Shown here piece by piece: positions 10,691 through 21,074 of a stretch of 64,000 nucleotides of DNA (position 1 is the stretch's first letter; each line of letters begins with the position of its first letter). The position numbers and the translations under genes are program-made. The notes under the pieces are model-generated. The model was not told the origin of the DNA. It worked only from the letters and a program-made list of their open reading frames with translations, and did not search any database. The DNA comes from an uncultured Planctomycetaceae bacterium (GTDB lineage: Bacteria > Planctomycetota > Planctomycetia > Planctomycetales > Planctomycetaceae): assembly GCA_963976765.1 (NCBI GenBank), contig CAXBME010000010.1, positions 1 to 64,000 of the forward strand. The letters run 5' to 3'.

Positions 10691-12616
10691 TCAGCGATCG
10701 AGATCCAGCATCGCCAGGTGCAGGTCGCGAATCCGATCTCCGACGACAGCGAAGTCAGTGACTGGCCAGTCCGGAGCGGCAATCGTCAGCTCAAACTTTG
10801 CTGACGATGTGGCGAGGCCAGCCGGGAACGGAATCTGCCAGAGCGGCCGTTCGCCCAGTTTGATCAGGTCATTCGAAATCGGAATCGCTCGACCGGCGGC
10901 GGTAAGTGTGACGCCTTCGAGTGAACGCGGCTCAGCCAATCGGAAGACGCAGTGGCTGTAATCAAACTGCGTGTGGAACATTCCGCCGAACGCGATCGTT
11001 GCTGGCTCGTCGCCGATTTTTCGGTGTCGAGACAAACCCTTGCCAATCGGTTCTGACCAGCCGGTCAGTTTCCAGGCGGATTCTTCGTCAGGATTACCAA
11101 CGTCGCAGGTGATGTGCCGCCCGCCGCGTTCGCGGAGCATCTTTGTAAACGCTCCAAGCTTCGGTCGACCTTCGATACGAGTCGGTGGAGAAATTGGTTC
11201 CGGAAGCGACTTGCCGCCGAGCAAATCGTAAATCGGTTCGCCAAGCGCCAGTCGGTGAGGCCGGTTGAGTCGGTCATAAACTTCGTCGTCGGGTTGAAAA
11301 CCGAGCAGGTGATAGATCGTCGCGGCGATGTCGTCCTGCGTCACTTTGTTGGCAATTGGGTATGCCGCCTGCGGATCGGACGCTCCGTAGACCTGCCCGC
11401 CTGGGACTCCGCCACCGGCCATGACGACCGAGTTGCACGCTCCCCAGTGATCTCGCCCCGCTCGACCGTTGACCTTGGGAGTGCGGCCAAATTCGCTGTT
11501 CCACACAACGAGCGTGTCTTCGAGCATTCCGCTTTGGGCAAGGTCTTCGAGCAACGCAGCAATGGGCCGATCGACCGACGGCATCAGCCGCAGCTTGAGT
11601 TCCTGAAAATTCAGCGAGTGCGTGTCCCAGGTCGAATCGATCGTTTTTTTTTCGCGATGCCAGTAGACGGTAACAAGCTGCACGCCAGCTTCAGCCAGCC
11701 GCTTCGCCATCAGCACACTTTGCCCGAACGTGTGATAGCCGTACCGCATCCGCTCGGCCAGTGAAACGCTCGCCAGATCAAACGCGTTCCGCACGTTTGG
11801 AGCCAGCACCATGTCGAGCGCCTGCTCGTAGTAACCGCTCAGCGTTTTTGTCTGGGCAGACCGGCTCGCAATCCTCGCCGCATGATCCATCTGATTGAGC
11901 AATCCGCGTCGAGTTTCCAACCGGCTTAATCCGACTGATTCTGGCAGCCTCAAAGATTCAATCGAGAAATCCGGATCGTCGGGATGCTGCGTGATTCGAA
12001 ATGGGTCGAACTTTCGGCCAATCAGACCTCCGCCCTGTCCGGGCGTCACAGCACCATTGGTTGTCGAGATAATTTCCGGCAGCGACACAAACGTCGGCAG
12101 CCCTGAACTGTTGGGCCGCAGCGCCGAGAGTACCGATCCGAAGTGAGGAAAATCCGTCTGACGCGCACCAAAGCTTTCGGCTTTAAGTTCGTGTCGTCGA
12201 CCTGTCAGGCCCGCATGCGCCCCTGTCGAATGATTATTGTCTTCCTGCCCGACCGACCGGATCACCGCCAGCTTCTCGGCGTGTTGCGCGAGTAATGGAA
12301 AGTGTTCCGAAACATGCAGTCCGGGGACGTTCGTCGCGATTGGTAGAAACTCGCCGCGGCTTTCGACGGGACCATCCGGCTTCAAATCCCACGTATCCTG
12401 GTGAGCTGGCCCTCCCCACATAAACAGCAGGATGATCCGTTTGGCGTTGCCGAAAACGCTGCTCGTTTCAATCCGTCCCGGTCGAGCTTCGGCCTTTTGC
12501 GAGAGTAGTTGAGGGAGCGACAACCCCATCGTCCCCAGTGAGCCAGCCTGCAACATCGTCCGACGATCGAGGCGATCGCAGAAGGACACCTGCTGATTGT
12601 TGAAGAGTTCGAGCAT
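10691..12616 (-). CDS. DUF1501 family protein with extra ~175-aa C-terminal domain
   Basis: Twin-Arg-like leader (DRRTMLQAG), GGPAHQDTWDLKP, WDTH, SEFGRTP and GRDHWG motifs. Confidence 0.9.
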   Translation of the reverse strand: MLELFNNQQVSFCDRLDRRTMLQAGSLGTMGLSLPQLLSQKAEARPGRIETSSVFGNAKRIILLFMWGGPAHQDTWDLKPDGPVESRGEFLPIATNVPGLHVSEHFPLLAQHAEKLAVIRSVGQEDNNHSTGAHAGLTGRRHELKAESFGARQTDFPHFGSVLSALRPNSSGLPTFVSLPEIISTTNGAVTPGQGGGLIGRKFDPFRITQHPDDPDFSIESLRLPESVGLSRLETRRGLLNQMDHAARIASRSAQTKTLSGYYEQALDMVLAPNVRNAFDLASVSLAERMRYGYHTFGQSVLMAKRLAEAGVQLVTVYWHREKKTIDSTWDTHSLNFQELKLRLMPSVDRPIAALLEDLAQSGMLEDTLVVWNSEFGRTPKVNGRAGRDHWGACNSVVMAGGGVPGGQVYGASDPQAAYPIANKVTQDDIAATIYHLLGFQPDDEVYDRLNRPHRLALGEPIYDLLGGKSLPEPISPPTRIEGRPKLGAFTKMLRERGGRHITCDVGNPDEESAWKLTGWSEPIGKGLSRHRKIGDEPATIAFGGMFHTQFDYSHCVFRLAEPRSLEGVTLTAAGRAIPISNDLIKLGERPLWQIPFPAGLATSSAKFELTIAAPDWPVTDFAVVGDRIRDLHLAMLDLDR

Positions 12617-12642
12617 GGGCTCGTTCCGTGGTTCGACGTTGG

Positions 12643-14028
12643 TTACGCGAGGATGTCGTGCACCACTTCCCCGTAAACGTCGGTCAGTCGGAAGTCTCGA
12701 CCGGCGTATTTGTACGTCAGTTTTTCGTGGTCGATCCCGAGCAGATGGAGCATGGTGGAGTGCAGGTCGTGCATGTGAACCCGGTTTTCGACCGCGTAGT
12801 AGCCATACTCGTCTGTGTTGCCATACGCCATACCCGGTTTCACGCCGCCACCTGCCAGCCAGGTGGTGAAGCCCTGTGGGTTATGGTCTCGACCGTTGGT
12901 TCCCTGAGCAATCGGCGTTCGACCAAACTCACCGCCCCAGACGACGAGCGTGTCTTCCAGCATGCCTCGCGATTTGAGATCCGCCAGCAGCGCGGCAATC
13001 GGCTGATCGGTCAGCAGCGCGTTTTTCTGATGTCCTGACTTCAGGTTGCCGTGCTGGTCCCACTTGTTGCCGGTTGAAACTTCGATGTACCTGACGCCAG
13101 CTTCAGCCAGTCTTCGCGCCAGCAGACACTGCCGACCGAAGTTGTCCGTTTCTTTCTGGCCAACGCCGTACGCATCTTTGACGTGCTTCGGTTCGCGAGC
13201 GATGTCCAGAACGTCCGGGGCGGCATTCTGCATGCGGTAAGCAAGGTCGACCGATTGAATCGCGCCTTCTACCCGTTCGTCTTTTCGGAGTCGTTTCAGA
13301 TGATCCTGATTCATGGCCTGCAGAAGCTTGATTTGCCGCTGCTGCTCATCGGACGACAACCTTGAATTGCCAAGATGTTCGATCTTTGCGTCACCGAGCG
13401 TTCCTGAACGCCCGACGGTTGTTGCCTGATGGATCGCTGGCAGGAACGCGCAGCCATAATTTCGCGGCCCGCCGTGTCCACTGGCCGGGCTGATTGAAAC
13501 AAACGATGGCAGGTCCGGGTTGTCTGTCCCGAGTCCGTACGAAACCCATGCTCCCACCGAGGGGCGGACCAGGTTGTCGCTCCCGGTGTGCAGCATCGAA
13601 ACAGCCTGACCGTGCGACTGACCTCGGCTGTGCATCGAGCGAATGATGCACAGATCGTCGACGTGTCTGGCGGTGTGCGGCAGCAGTTCCGACACCCACT
13701 GACCGCACTCGCCATGCCGGGCGAACTTCCAGGGCGACTTCAGCAGCTTCGGCGTGGCATCAATCCTCGCTGCTTTTTCGAAGGGAAGATCTTTGCCGTC
13801 ATCGCGAACGAGCAGTGGCTTATGGTCAAATGTGTCCACCTGACTTGGGCCGCCGTGCATAAACAGAAAAATGACGCGGCGAGCTTTCGGTTCGTGATGC
13901 GGAGTCTGCGGCGCCAGTGAATTTTGACCAGCATTTGCAAATGCGCCGGTCAGGCCGTTCAAGGCCAGCCCACCCAGGCCAAGGGCAGAAACATTTAAAG
14001 CGTCACGGCGGGAGAAGCGTGTTGTCAT
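12643..14028 (-). CDS. DUF1501 family protein (Tat-like leader)
   Basis: SRRDAL leader, [27 protein letters not shown] and RLTDVYG motifs; start set at ATG 14028 because the upstream ORF extension runs through a REP element. Confidence 0.92.
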   Translation of the reverse strand: MTTRFSRRDALNVSALGLGGLALNGLTGAFANAGQNSLAPQTPHHEPKARRVIFLFMHGGPSQVDTFDHKPLLVRDDGKDLPFEKAARIDATPKLLKSPWKFARHGECGQWVSELLPHTARHVDDLCIIRSMHSRGQSHGQAVSMLHTGSDNLVRPSVGAWVSYGLGTDNPDLPSFVSISPASGHGGPRNYGCAFLPAIHQATTVGRSGTLGDAKIEHLGNSRLSSDEQQRQIKLLQAMNQDHLKRLRKDERVEGAIQSVDLAYRMQNAAPDVLDIAREPKHVKDAYGVGQKETDNFGRQCLLARRLAEAGVRYIEVSTGNKWDQHGNLKSGHQKNALLTDQPIAALLADLKSRGMLEDTLVVWGGEFGRTPIAQGTNGRDHNPQGFTTWLAGGGVKPGMAYGNTDEYGYYAVENRVHMHDLHSTMLHLLGIDHEKLTYKYAGRDFRLTDVYGEVVHDILA

Positions 14029-14066
14029 GGCGGGACCGCTGGAGGAGTTAAGGCTGGACGTATTCT

Positions 14067-14132
14067 GTGTGGTGGGCACCGCCCACCACAAGAACGATGT
14101 CAACGGGAAGTGGTGGGGAATGCCCACCCTAC
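14067..14132. repeat. REP doublet (REPIN-like), copy 1
   Basis: GTGTGGTGGGCACCGCCCACCA ... TGGTGGGGAATGCCCACCCTAC (reverse complement GTAGGGTGGGCATTCCCCACCA); inverted pair of palindromes. Confidence 0.8.
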
Positions 14133-14136
14133 CGGT

Positions 14137-17100
14137 TCATTCCAGCATACGGAATTCAGCCGAAGCGAACAAAGTGTGAATCAGCTGGCCGAGTGCCGAC
14201 ATGACCTTCGGGTCGCCCTTTACGTTATCGGTCGCAGCATCGTCCGACCGTGTTGCTGCTTCCAGAAATTCTTCAGCTCGATCGATCTCAATACTCGTTG
14301 GGCGACGGGACAGAACCAGCTCGTAAGTTTGCTCAATGATGGTTCGCGCGTCGGTCGAGTCACCGTCATTCTTCTTTGCGACGGAAGAACGGACTCGATC
14401 CGCCGCGATCTCAGCCTGCTCCATAACAAACGGGCTGTTCAAGAGGAGCAGCGCCTGAGCAGGCACGTTGGTGACCGGACGCCGACCAACTACCAGGTCC
14501 GGGTCAGCAAAGTCAAACACGACCAGCATCGGCGGAAGCTGAGACCGAATGATTGGCAGATAGACGCTGCGATGCAGAGTCTCCTTCCGTTCGATCTGTT
14601 TCTCGTCCGCCACATTCTGAGTCACGAGCGTTCCGAGGCCTTCGACCGGTGAACCATCGGGCGACAGATCCAGCTGGCCACTGATGGAAAGAATCGAATC
14701 GCGAATTGACTCAGCCGGAACCCCACGGCGGTGAGCACGCCACAGCAGCAGGTTTTCCGGATCGGCATTCCAGGAAGCTTCGTTGTATTGACTGCTCAAC
14801 TGATAGGTTCGACTGAGCACAATCTGCCGAACCATTTTCCTGGTCGACCAACCGTCCCGCATGAAGTCAGCAGCCAGCCGATCGAGCAGTTCCGGATGCG
14901 TGGGTTGATCGCCGAGCCTGCCGAAATTGTCGACACTGGCAACGATGCCCTGCCCGATCAGGTGGTGCCAGATCCGATTGACGAAGACTCGCGAGGTCAG
15001 AGGGTGCTCTGGACTGGCAATCCAGTCAGCAAGCTCAAGCCGGCCGCTGTTCTGCTCGTCAATCTTCAGAGTCGGTCCTGAGTAGGCGACCTGTAGGAAC
15101 CCTCGCGGAGCCTTCGGACCGAGGTTGCGATGTTCGCCGCGAATGTTGATTTCGCAATCGCCGATTTCCTTCGCCTCCGCGACGGCGATCGCTTCAGGCA
15201 ACGGAGGTGGAGAGTTCTTATCAAGCTGCTTGAGGTCATCCTCGAACTGTTCGAGTTGTTTTTTGGCGGATTCCAGTTCCGACTCTGCTTTATTCAGCTC
15301 GTCGTTCTCTTCCGACACCTCATTGGCAACCGGATTACCCTTGTCGTCAACTTCAACCAGCCGGACGGCGTCGATGATGACGTAACCAATCGTCCCGCGA
15401 GTTGATACGGTGATGGTCGCCGGCTTGTCTGCATCAAACGGGAAGTGACCAAGCGACGCAAACAAGCCATCAATAGGACCTTTCTTCTCCTGATCGAGCG
15501 AAACTTCAACTTCGGCTTCCGCGTGTTTGATACTGATCGGAACATTGTCTGCGCGACCCGACGTTCCGGAGTATGCCAGCTGCACGTCGTACTTCGCCGT
15601 GCGGGGGATCCGGACGGTAAATTCGGCCCATTTTTCACCCTTTTCCGACTTGGCATCGTGAATATAGCCCTCGCCAATAAACGGTTTCGAGTAGGTTGAC
15701 TTCGTCCATGATCCGGTCAGCCTGGCCTCGGAATCGTCAACCAGCAGCGAGTTTGTGTTTTTGCGGAGCAGCTCGACTTTTTTACCGAGTGTCGTCGTCT
15801 GGTTTTTCGCATCCTGGATTGAAGCCCGCAATTCTTTCTTCGCTAATTCAAATTTATTAACCGCAGCAACGTGTTCCTCTTCAGCCGGAAGTCGACGACG
15901 AGGCCAGGTGGAAACGTACTGCTGACTTTCTCCTTGCAGCGTGCGAGTGCTTTTTAGAATTCCGGCCAGCGCGTAGTAGTCCTTCGTCGGAATCGGGTCG
16001 AACTTGTGATCGTGGCAGCGTGCGCAGCCCAGAGTCACAGCCATGAAGGCCTGCCCGATCGTGTTGAGTTGCTCATCGACGACGTCCATCGTCAGTTTTT
16101 CTTTGTCGCGTTCGCTGAGCATCTTCGTGCCGAGCATCAGAAAACCGGTCGCGACAATTCCTTCGGCAAGCTGTTCATCGTTTTCGTGAGCCAGCAGATC
16201 GCCGGCAATCTGCTCGCGGACAAACTGGTCGAAAGGCTTGTCACGATTGAACGAGTCAATGACGTAGTCGCGATATTTCCAGGCGTTGTGGAAGGTCGCG
16301 TTGAAGTCAGCCCCGTTTGAATCGGCGTACCTCGCGACGTCGAGCCAGTGTCGCCCCCAGTGAACTCCGAACTGCGGAGACTCCAGCAGTCGATCAACAA
16401 CCTTTTTCAAGGCGTCGTCGGAATCGTTCTGATGGTTCTCCAGAAATTCAGCAACTTCTTCGGGAGACGGCGGCAGTCCGATGAGGTCGAAGTAAACTCG
16501 GCGAATCAGGGTTCGCGGGTCAGCATCGCTGGCAGGTTTGAGCCCGGCTTCTTCAAGCTTCTGAAGCACGAACACGTCGATGTCCGACTTCGGCCACGAC
16601 TTATCCGAAACATCCGGCCGCCTGTGATCGACAATCGGTCGGAATGCCCAGAACTGCCGGCCTGCTTCGAGATCGATGGTCCGCTGAGGTTTGATGACTC
16701 CCGGTGGCGGACTGTCCGTCCGAGGATCCGGCGAACCCATCTCGACCCAACGTTCAAAGTCCTTGATGACGTTGGCGGGAAGTCGGCCATCCGGCGGCAT
16801 CTCGACGCCATCATATCGCAACGCTTCGATCAGCGGACTCTCGTCCGGCTTGCCGGCAATGATTGCGGGACCTGAATCACCGCCCAGCAATAAACCCGCT
16901 GCTGAGTCGACCAGCAGGCTACCTTTGACATCCTTCGACTTTGCCGAGTGACATTCGTAGCAATGCTTGATCAGAACGGGGCGAATTTTAGCCTCGAAGA
17001 ATTCCAGCTTCGCAGGGTCGATCGCTTTTTGATCATCCGCGCGGATGTTCGTCGCAATTGCTGTAAGCATCAGCGCACAACAAAGTGCGGCCTGTCCGAA

Positions 17101-17163
17101 TCGTCGAACGGCGATCCGTAACTTGAAAATAGTTCGGTCTGTTTGAAGTAGCTCGCCGCGCAT
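14137..17163 (-). CDS. Planctomycete cytochrome c / DUF1549 / DUF1553 (PSD1) protein with an inserted golvesin/xanthan-lyase-like beta-sandwich
   Basis: CYECH and CARCH haem-binding motifs, WLDVARYADS, SRVFVNRIWHHLIG, PTHPELLD and QALLLLNSPF; GGAG RBS before ATG 17163. Confidence 0.9.
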   Translation of the reverse strand: MRGELLQTDRTIFKLRIAVRRFGQAALCCALMLTAIATNIRADDQKAIDPAKLEFFEAKIRPVLIKHCYECHSAKSKDVKGSLLVDSAAGLLLGGDSGPAIIAGKPDESPLIEALRYDGVEMPPDGRLPANVIKDFERWVEMGSPDPRTDSPPPGVIKPQRTIDLEAGRQFWAFRPIVDHRRPDVSDKSWPKSDIDVFVLQKLEEAGLKPASDADPRTLIRRVYFDLIGLPPSPEEVAEFLENHQNDSDDALKKVVDRLLESPQFGVHWGRHWLDVARYADSNGADFNATFHNAWKYRDYVIDSFNRDKPFDQFVREQIAGDLLAHENDEQLAEGIVATGFLMLGTKMLSERDKEKLTMDVVDEQLNTIGQAFMAVTLGCARCHDHKFDPIPTKDYYALAGILKSTRTLQGESQQYVSTWPRRRLPAEEEHVAAVNKFELAKKELRASIQDAKNQTTTLGKKVELLRKNTNSLLVDDSEARLTGSWTKSTYSKPFIGEGYIHDAKSEKGEKWAEFTVRIPRTAKYDVQLAYSGTSGRADNVPISIKHAEAEVEVSLDQEKKGPIDGLFASLGHFPFDADKPATITVSTRGTIGYVIIDAVRLVEVDDKGNPVANEVSEENDELNKAESELESAKKQLEQFEDDLKQLDKNSPPPLPEAIAVAEAKEIGDCEINIRGEHRNLGPKAPRGFLQVAYSGPTLKIDEQNSGRLELADWIASPEHPLTSRVFVNRIWHHLIGQGIVASVDNFGRLGDQPTHPELLDRLAADFMRDGWSTRKMVRQIVLSRTYQLSSQYNEASWNADPENLLLWRAHRRGVPAESIRDSILSISGQLDLSPDGSPVEGLGTLVTQNVADEKQIERKETLHRSVYLPIIRSQLPPMLVVFDFADPDLVVGRRPVTNVPAQALLLLNSPFVMEQAEIAADRVRSSVAKKNDGDSTDARTIIEQTYELVLSRRPTSIEIDRAEEFLEAATRSDDAATDNVKGDPKVMSALGQLIHTLFASAEFRMLE

Positions 17164-17244
17164 TACTGTCTCCGAATCAACGAAAAACACTCGCTCCCGC
17201 AAAGTGTGCGAAAGCGAGTGTCCTGTCACAACGCATCTATTACG

Positions 17245-18582
17245 TTACACGCGAGGAATATCGAATCCTTCGCGACGTTCACGAGCGATGAACGATGCTG
17301 CCTGATCGTCTCCGATGATCTGTTCAGCCTTCGGATCCCATTTGATCTTACGACCAAGGCGTCCGGCAATAGCACTCAGGTGGCAGGCGCTCATAGCCTG
17401 AACATGCGAGAACACATCGGACACCGTCAGACCGCCTTCGGCGATGCAGCGGTAGAAATTGTTCTTGTGACCTTCTGCCGGTTTGCCTTTGTAAAGTTCG
17501 ACAAGCTCCGCTTCGCCAAACTGATCCTTATCCCAGTTTTCTTCGATTGGCTTGCCGACGATTTTACCACGGTTCACAAAAATTCGGCCCTTTGTTCCTT
17601 CGAACGTGATGCCGTTATCGCCTCGGCTGGTAACGTCCATGACGACACCGTTGGCAAACGTGTTGATGACCGAGAAATCGTGCGACGTGTTGTAGCTGTC
17701 GTCGACGACGGCATAACCGTCTTTGTACTCGACCGGATGCTTGACGTCGGTGCCGTCGATTTCTACCGGCCCCTGGCCTTCACCGTTCTGACCGAGTGCC
17801 CACATCGCGATATCAACGTGGTGAGCACCCCAGTCGGTAAACTTGCCGCCCGAGTATTCGTACCACCAGCGGAATTCGTAGTGGCAACGTCTTTCGCGAT
17901 ACTCGACAGGCTGCACCTGGCCCTGCCACATATCCCAGTTAAGGTTTGCAGGAACTTCCGCGACAGGGAAGGGTCCGCCCTTAGGACTGCCGTTGATGCC
18001 AACGGTCACTTTGGTGATATCGCCCAGCAGCCCTTTCTGGACCATGTTGACGGCTCGGAGGAACTTGTCCTTCGTGCTTCGCTGCTGAGTTCCGACCAGG
18101 AACGCCTGCTTGGGGTACTTTTTGCAGGCGTTGCGGATCAACTGGTTTTCTTCGAGTGTCAGCGTCAGCGGCTTTTGACAGAAGACGTGCTTACCGGCCT
18201 GCAATGCTTCGATGGCGATCTTCACATGCCAGTGATCCGGCGTGACGACACTGACGACGTCGATGTCGTCCCGCTCCAGCACCTTGCGGTAGTCTCCGTA
18301 AGCATCGGCTTTTCCCTTGCCGATTTTGTCGTCGTTGCGTGCTCGATCAGCGTGTTTCGAGTCGACATCGCAAACCGCCAGAATGTCGCCGAAGCCGGCA
18401 TGACCGCGAGCATCGCCGGTCCCCATGCTGCCAACGCCGATACAGCCGATTCCGGGTCGGGAATTGGCTTCGTTATTCGCGAAAGCGGGAGTACTCCACG
18501 GAAAGTAAGGAACCGAAGTCGCCGCAGCAGCGAGAGCAGACGTCTTCAGAAAGTCGCGACGATTGGCTGATGGTTTTGTCAT
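17245..18582 (-). CDS. Tat-exported Gfo/Idh/MocA family oxidoreductase
   Basis: NRRDFLK Tat signal, IGVGSMG Rossmann motif, TPDHWH, CQKPL, GTQQRS and DWGAHHVD. Confidence 0.93.
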   Translation of the reverse strand: MTKPSANRRDFLKTSALAAAATSVPYFPWSTPAFANNEANSRPGIGCIGVGSMGTGDARGHAGFGDILAVCDVDSKHADRARNDDKIGKGKADAYGDYRKVLERDDIDVVSVVTPDHWHVKIAIEALQAGKHVFCQKPLTLTLEENQLIRNACKKYPKQAFLVGTQQRSTKDKFLRAVNMVQKGLLGDITKVTVGINGSPKGGPFPVAEVPANLNWDMWQGQVQPVEYRERRCHYEFRWWYEYSGGKFTDWGAHHVDIAMWALGQNGEGQGPVEIDGTDVKHPVEYKDGYAVVDDSYNTSHDFSVINTFANGVVMDVTSRGDNGITFEGTKGRIFVNRGKIVGKPIEENWDKDQFGEAELVELYKGKPAEGHKNNFYRCIAEGGLTVSDVFSHVQAMSACHLSAIAGRLGRKIKWDPKAEQIIGDDQAASFIARERREGFDIPRV

Positions 18583-18745
18583 CTTGCGTTTCTATCCTGG
18601 GAATGAACGATGAGGCGGGGACACGGCGACGCTGTTTGCAACCGCCGCCAGAGAGTCAAAACGAGCCACGAATTGTACCCTGAGCGGGGGTGCCGCTTCC
18701 AGGTGGTTGGCGGGTCGCCTCAATTTCCGGTCAGACTTTGCGGGA

Positions 18746-19690
18746 TTACTGACGAACCGGTAGTCCGCCCTGAATCCGATCGAGGTCGACCTGTTTCAGA
18801 TTCGGGTCGAGCTGCATTTGCCAGGTGGCGACCGGAATCGACGGATTCACCTCGATGTCGCCGATGGTCATCGTCATTTTTGAACCGGCTTCAGGGCAGT
18901 TCAATACGATCGTGCGAGGCAGCATGACTCCGGCGGATGGTTGGAAGTTACTCATCGACGCGCTGGTGATGAGCTTGCCGTTCGCGTCGGAGAGACTGTG
19001 TTCAACGATTTGTCCCAATACCAGATCGACGAGCATCACTCGTTGAACCTGTTGACCCTGGACATAGTCGGTGGAAACCAGTTTCGCCTGGTCGGGAGTT
19101 TCCGGATCTCGCAGAACCTGGACAGTCGACGGATCAATCGGGATGACGCCCAGAGCCTCCATCAGCCAGCCCGGCGGAAACGGAATCGGCACGGCCTGCT
19201 GTCGATCAAGGCCGTCGTGAGAACCGGTCAGCACGATGTCCGGCTCGTTGGCTCTCATCCAGAACCAGAACCGGTCGCTGTTTGATCCGAAGTCAACTTC
19301 TGTCCCGCGGATCGACCTTGCTGAAAAGCGAAGGTTCTTTGGACTTTCGACACTGACATTCGCTGAGAGGCTGGGAGCGATTGCCCCCGCGCCGCTGGCT
19401 TTGATGCGAACGTCAGTCGATCGCCAGGCAACAACCTGTGAACGCTGCCGATTGAGATGCTCGATGATGTCCTCGGGCGTCGCGTCAGTCATCAATGCTC
19501 GCGGCGGTGGCGAGGTCGTTTTTCGAACAACCCAGTCTTTGAAGGCGCAGCCTGGCAACCCGGCAAAGACGCAAACAGCGACAACAACCAAAGACAACCG
19601 AACTCGTCGCTCATGAGCAATCGGTCTTCGCGGTCGGGCGTCGGAGTCTGCATGACCGAATTCGGTTGCGATGTTACTGCGCCGTGTCAT
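18746..19690 (-). CDS. Conserved hypothetical lipoprotein (possible LolA/DUF4292-like fold)
   Basis: Lipobox-like LPGC after a hydrophobic stretch; DFGSNSDRFWFW and PPGWLMEALGV motifs; the fold call is inference. Confidence 0.75.
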   Translation of the reverse strand: MTRRSNIATEFGHADSDARPRRPIAHERRVRLSLVVVAVCVFAGLPGCAFKDWVVRKTTSPPPRALMTDATPEDIIEHLNRQRSQVVAWRSTDVRIKASGAGAIAPSLSANVSVESPKNLRFSARSIRGTEVDFGSNSDRFWFWMRANEPDIVLTGSHDGLDRQQAVPIPFPPGWLMEALGVIPIDPSTVQVLRDPETPDQAKLVSTDYVQGQQVQRVMLVDLVLGQIVEHSLSDANGKLITSASMSNFQPSAGVMLPRTIVLNCPEAGSKMTMTIGDIEVNPSIPVATWQMQLDPNLKQVDLDRIQGGLPVRQ

Positions 19691-19764
19691 GTCAGCCCTT
19701 CCCTGGCCCGGTCTTCGATCAAGCGTCCATTTGATCGGCTAAGTCGTTCGTTAGCCTCGTTCTG

Positions 19765-20253
19765 CTAAATCAGCTCGGCTTCGAGCTGAGCGTTCAGTGT
19801 TGCCTGCAGATTGGCGATTTCCTGTTCGTCAAGATCCTGATCAGCAACCTCGTACGGTCCTTCACTCTTGCTGCCGATGACCTGCAGAAATTCGTTTCCG
19901 TCTTCGTCGGTTCGCTGTCCGTCAAGTCTGAGTCGCCGCTTCTGAAGCAGCAGTAACGCCAGCACGTAGTGCATCTGGTCGTGCGCCGGATTCGGGTCTT
20001 CACTGAGCTGCTCGAAGTACCGCATCAACGCTTCCGTATCAATGACCTTCGGTTTGGGAGCGTCGTCCGGCACGATCGCCAGCCACTCTCCCACGCTGTC
20101 TTCCGGCGGACCGTTCCAGCCAGCTTCCGAATAGTCCAGCCGAATCAACTCGCCATTCCGTTCAACCAGCACGCTATGACAAGTGCTGCCCGGTTCGAGC
20201 GTTTCACCCGTCCCGGCACACGTCTTGCCAATTGTTTTGAGATGATAATCCAC
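19765..20253 (-). CDS. Conserved hypothetical protein
   Basis: 162-aa ORF with RLDYSEAGWNGPP and YVLALLLLQKRRL motifs, co-oriented with its neighbours. Confidence 0.75.
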   Translation of the reverse strand: MDYHLKTIGKTCAGTGETLEPGSTCHSVLVERNGELIRLDYSEAGWNGPPEDSVGEWLAIVPDDAPKPKVIDTEALMRYFEQLSEDPNPAHDQMHYVLALLLLQKRRLRLDGQRTDEDGNEFLQVIGSKSEGPYEVADQDLDEQEIANLQATLNAQLEAELI

Positions 20254-20268
20254 GAACGAATTGCCAAT

Positions 20269-20323
20269 GCAGGGTGGGTACCGCCCACCACATAAGAAAC
20301 TGCTGGTGGGCGGTGCCCACTAC
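20269..20323. repeat. REP doublet (REPIN-like), copy 2
   Basis: GCAGGGTGGGTACCGCCCACCA ... TGGTGGGCGGTGCCCACTAC. Confidence 0.8.
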
Positions 20324-20410
20324 GAACAGACCAGAATCGTATCTCAAGCGTAAAATCTGCCACAAGACGGACTTGAGTCACGCCTGGCAGCGAGAAACGC
20401 TGCAGGTTCG

Positions 20411-20980
20411 TCACTCAGACGCGGTCGGAGACTGGTCGGGAACCTGCCGGAAAGTGGTTCGAATCAGGCGAAATCCGAGTGAACGGTACAGCTCAACGGC
20501 CGGAGCGTTCTCGGCGGTGGCTTCCAGAAAGACGCGCCGCAGACCCGCTGCCTGAAAACCGATCAGCGATTGCAGGACCAGGGCGCGCCCGAGCCCCAGT
20601 CCTCGGTGATTCGGGCAAACGCCGACATTCTGCACCGAGCCAGCGTCGCGGCCGTTGGCCAGGCCCTGAATGGTTCCGCAGTCAACCGGTTCCGGATTCG
20701 AACCTTCGTCGTTGCGACAGATCAGCCAGGTGGCCTGTGGGAGAAACGTCCGCTGGCTGGCGATTTCCAGCATCAGCCGCCGGCAGCCGTCCAGCGTTGC
20801 CAGAGACGGAAACACCTGAGAATCCAGCTCGTTCTGAAAGCAGGCGAACTTGGTGAGGGCGTGGCGGTCAAGATCTTCCGGTTTCCAGCAGACGAAGCGG
20901 TATCCGGCCGGCAGTTCCGGATCAGGAACGTCGTGCTCGGAAAAATTGAATTCCATTCGGAATCGACGGAAATACCGCAT
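20411..20980 (-). CDS. GNAT family N-acetyltransferase
   Basis: Acetyl-CoA motif A (VGVCPNHRGLGLGRAL) and motif B (ENAPAVELYRSLGF). Confidence 0.9.
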   Translation of the reverse strand: MRYFRRFRMEFNFSEHDVPDPELPAGYRFVCWKPEDLDRHALTKFACFQNELDSQVFPSLATLDGCRRLMLEIASQRTFLPQATWLICRNDEGSNPEPVDCGTIQGLANGRDAGSVQNVGVCPNHRGLGLGRALVLQSLIGFQAAGLRRVFLEATAENAPAVELYRSLGFRLIRTTFRQVPDQSPTASE

Positions 20981-21074
20981 GACCGCTCACGACAACATCT
21001 TGAGATGCAACTTCATTGAGCTGAACCGACTGCTCATCAGGGCTCAATATACAGAACCACGGAAAGCACGGAAC

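Noticed and set aside
14067..14132. REP doublets considered as a mini-CRISPR (repeat-spacer-repeat)
   Set aside because: The repeats are inverted rather than direct, dispersed, and variable in spacer length, and no cas genes are present
17206..18570. 454-aa plus-strand ORF
   Set aside because: Antisense shadow of the well-supported Gfo/Idh/MocA gene, with no recognisable motifs; expected from codon bias at this GC content
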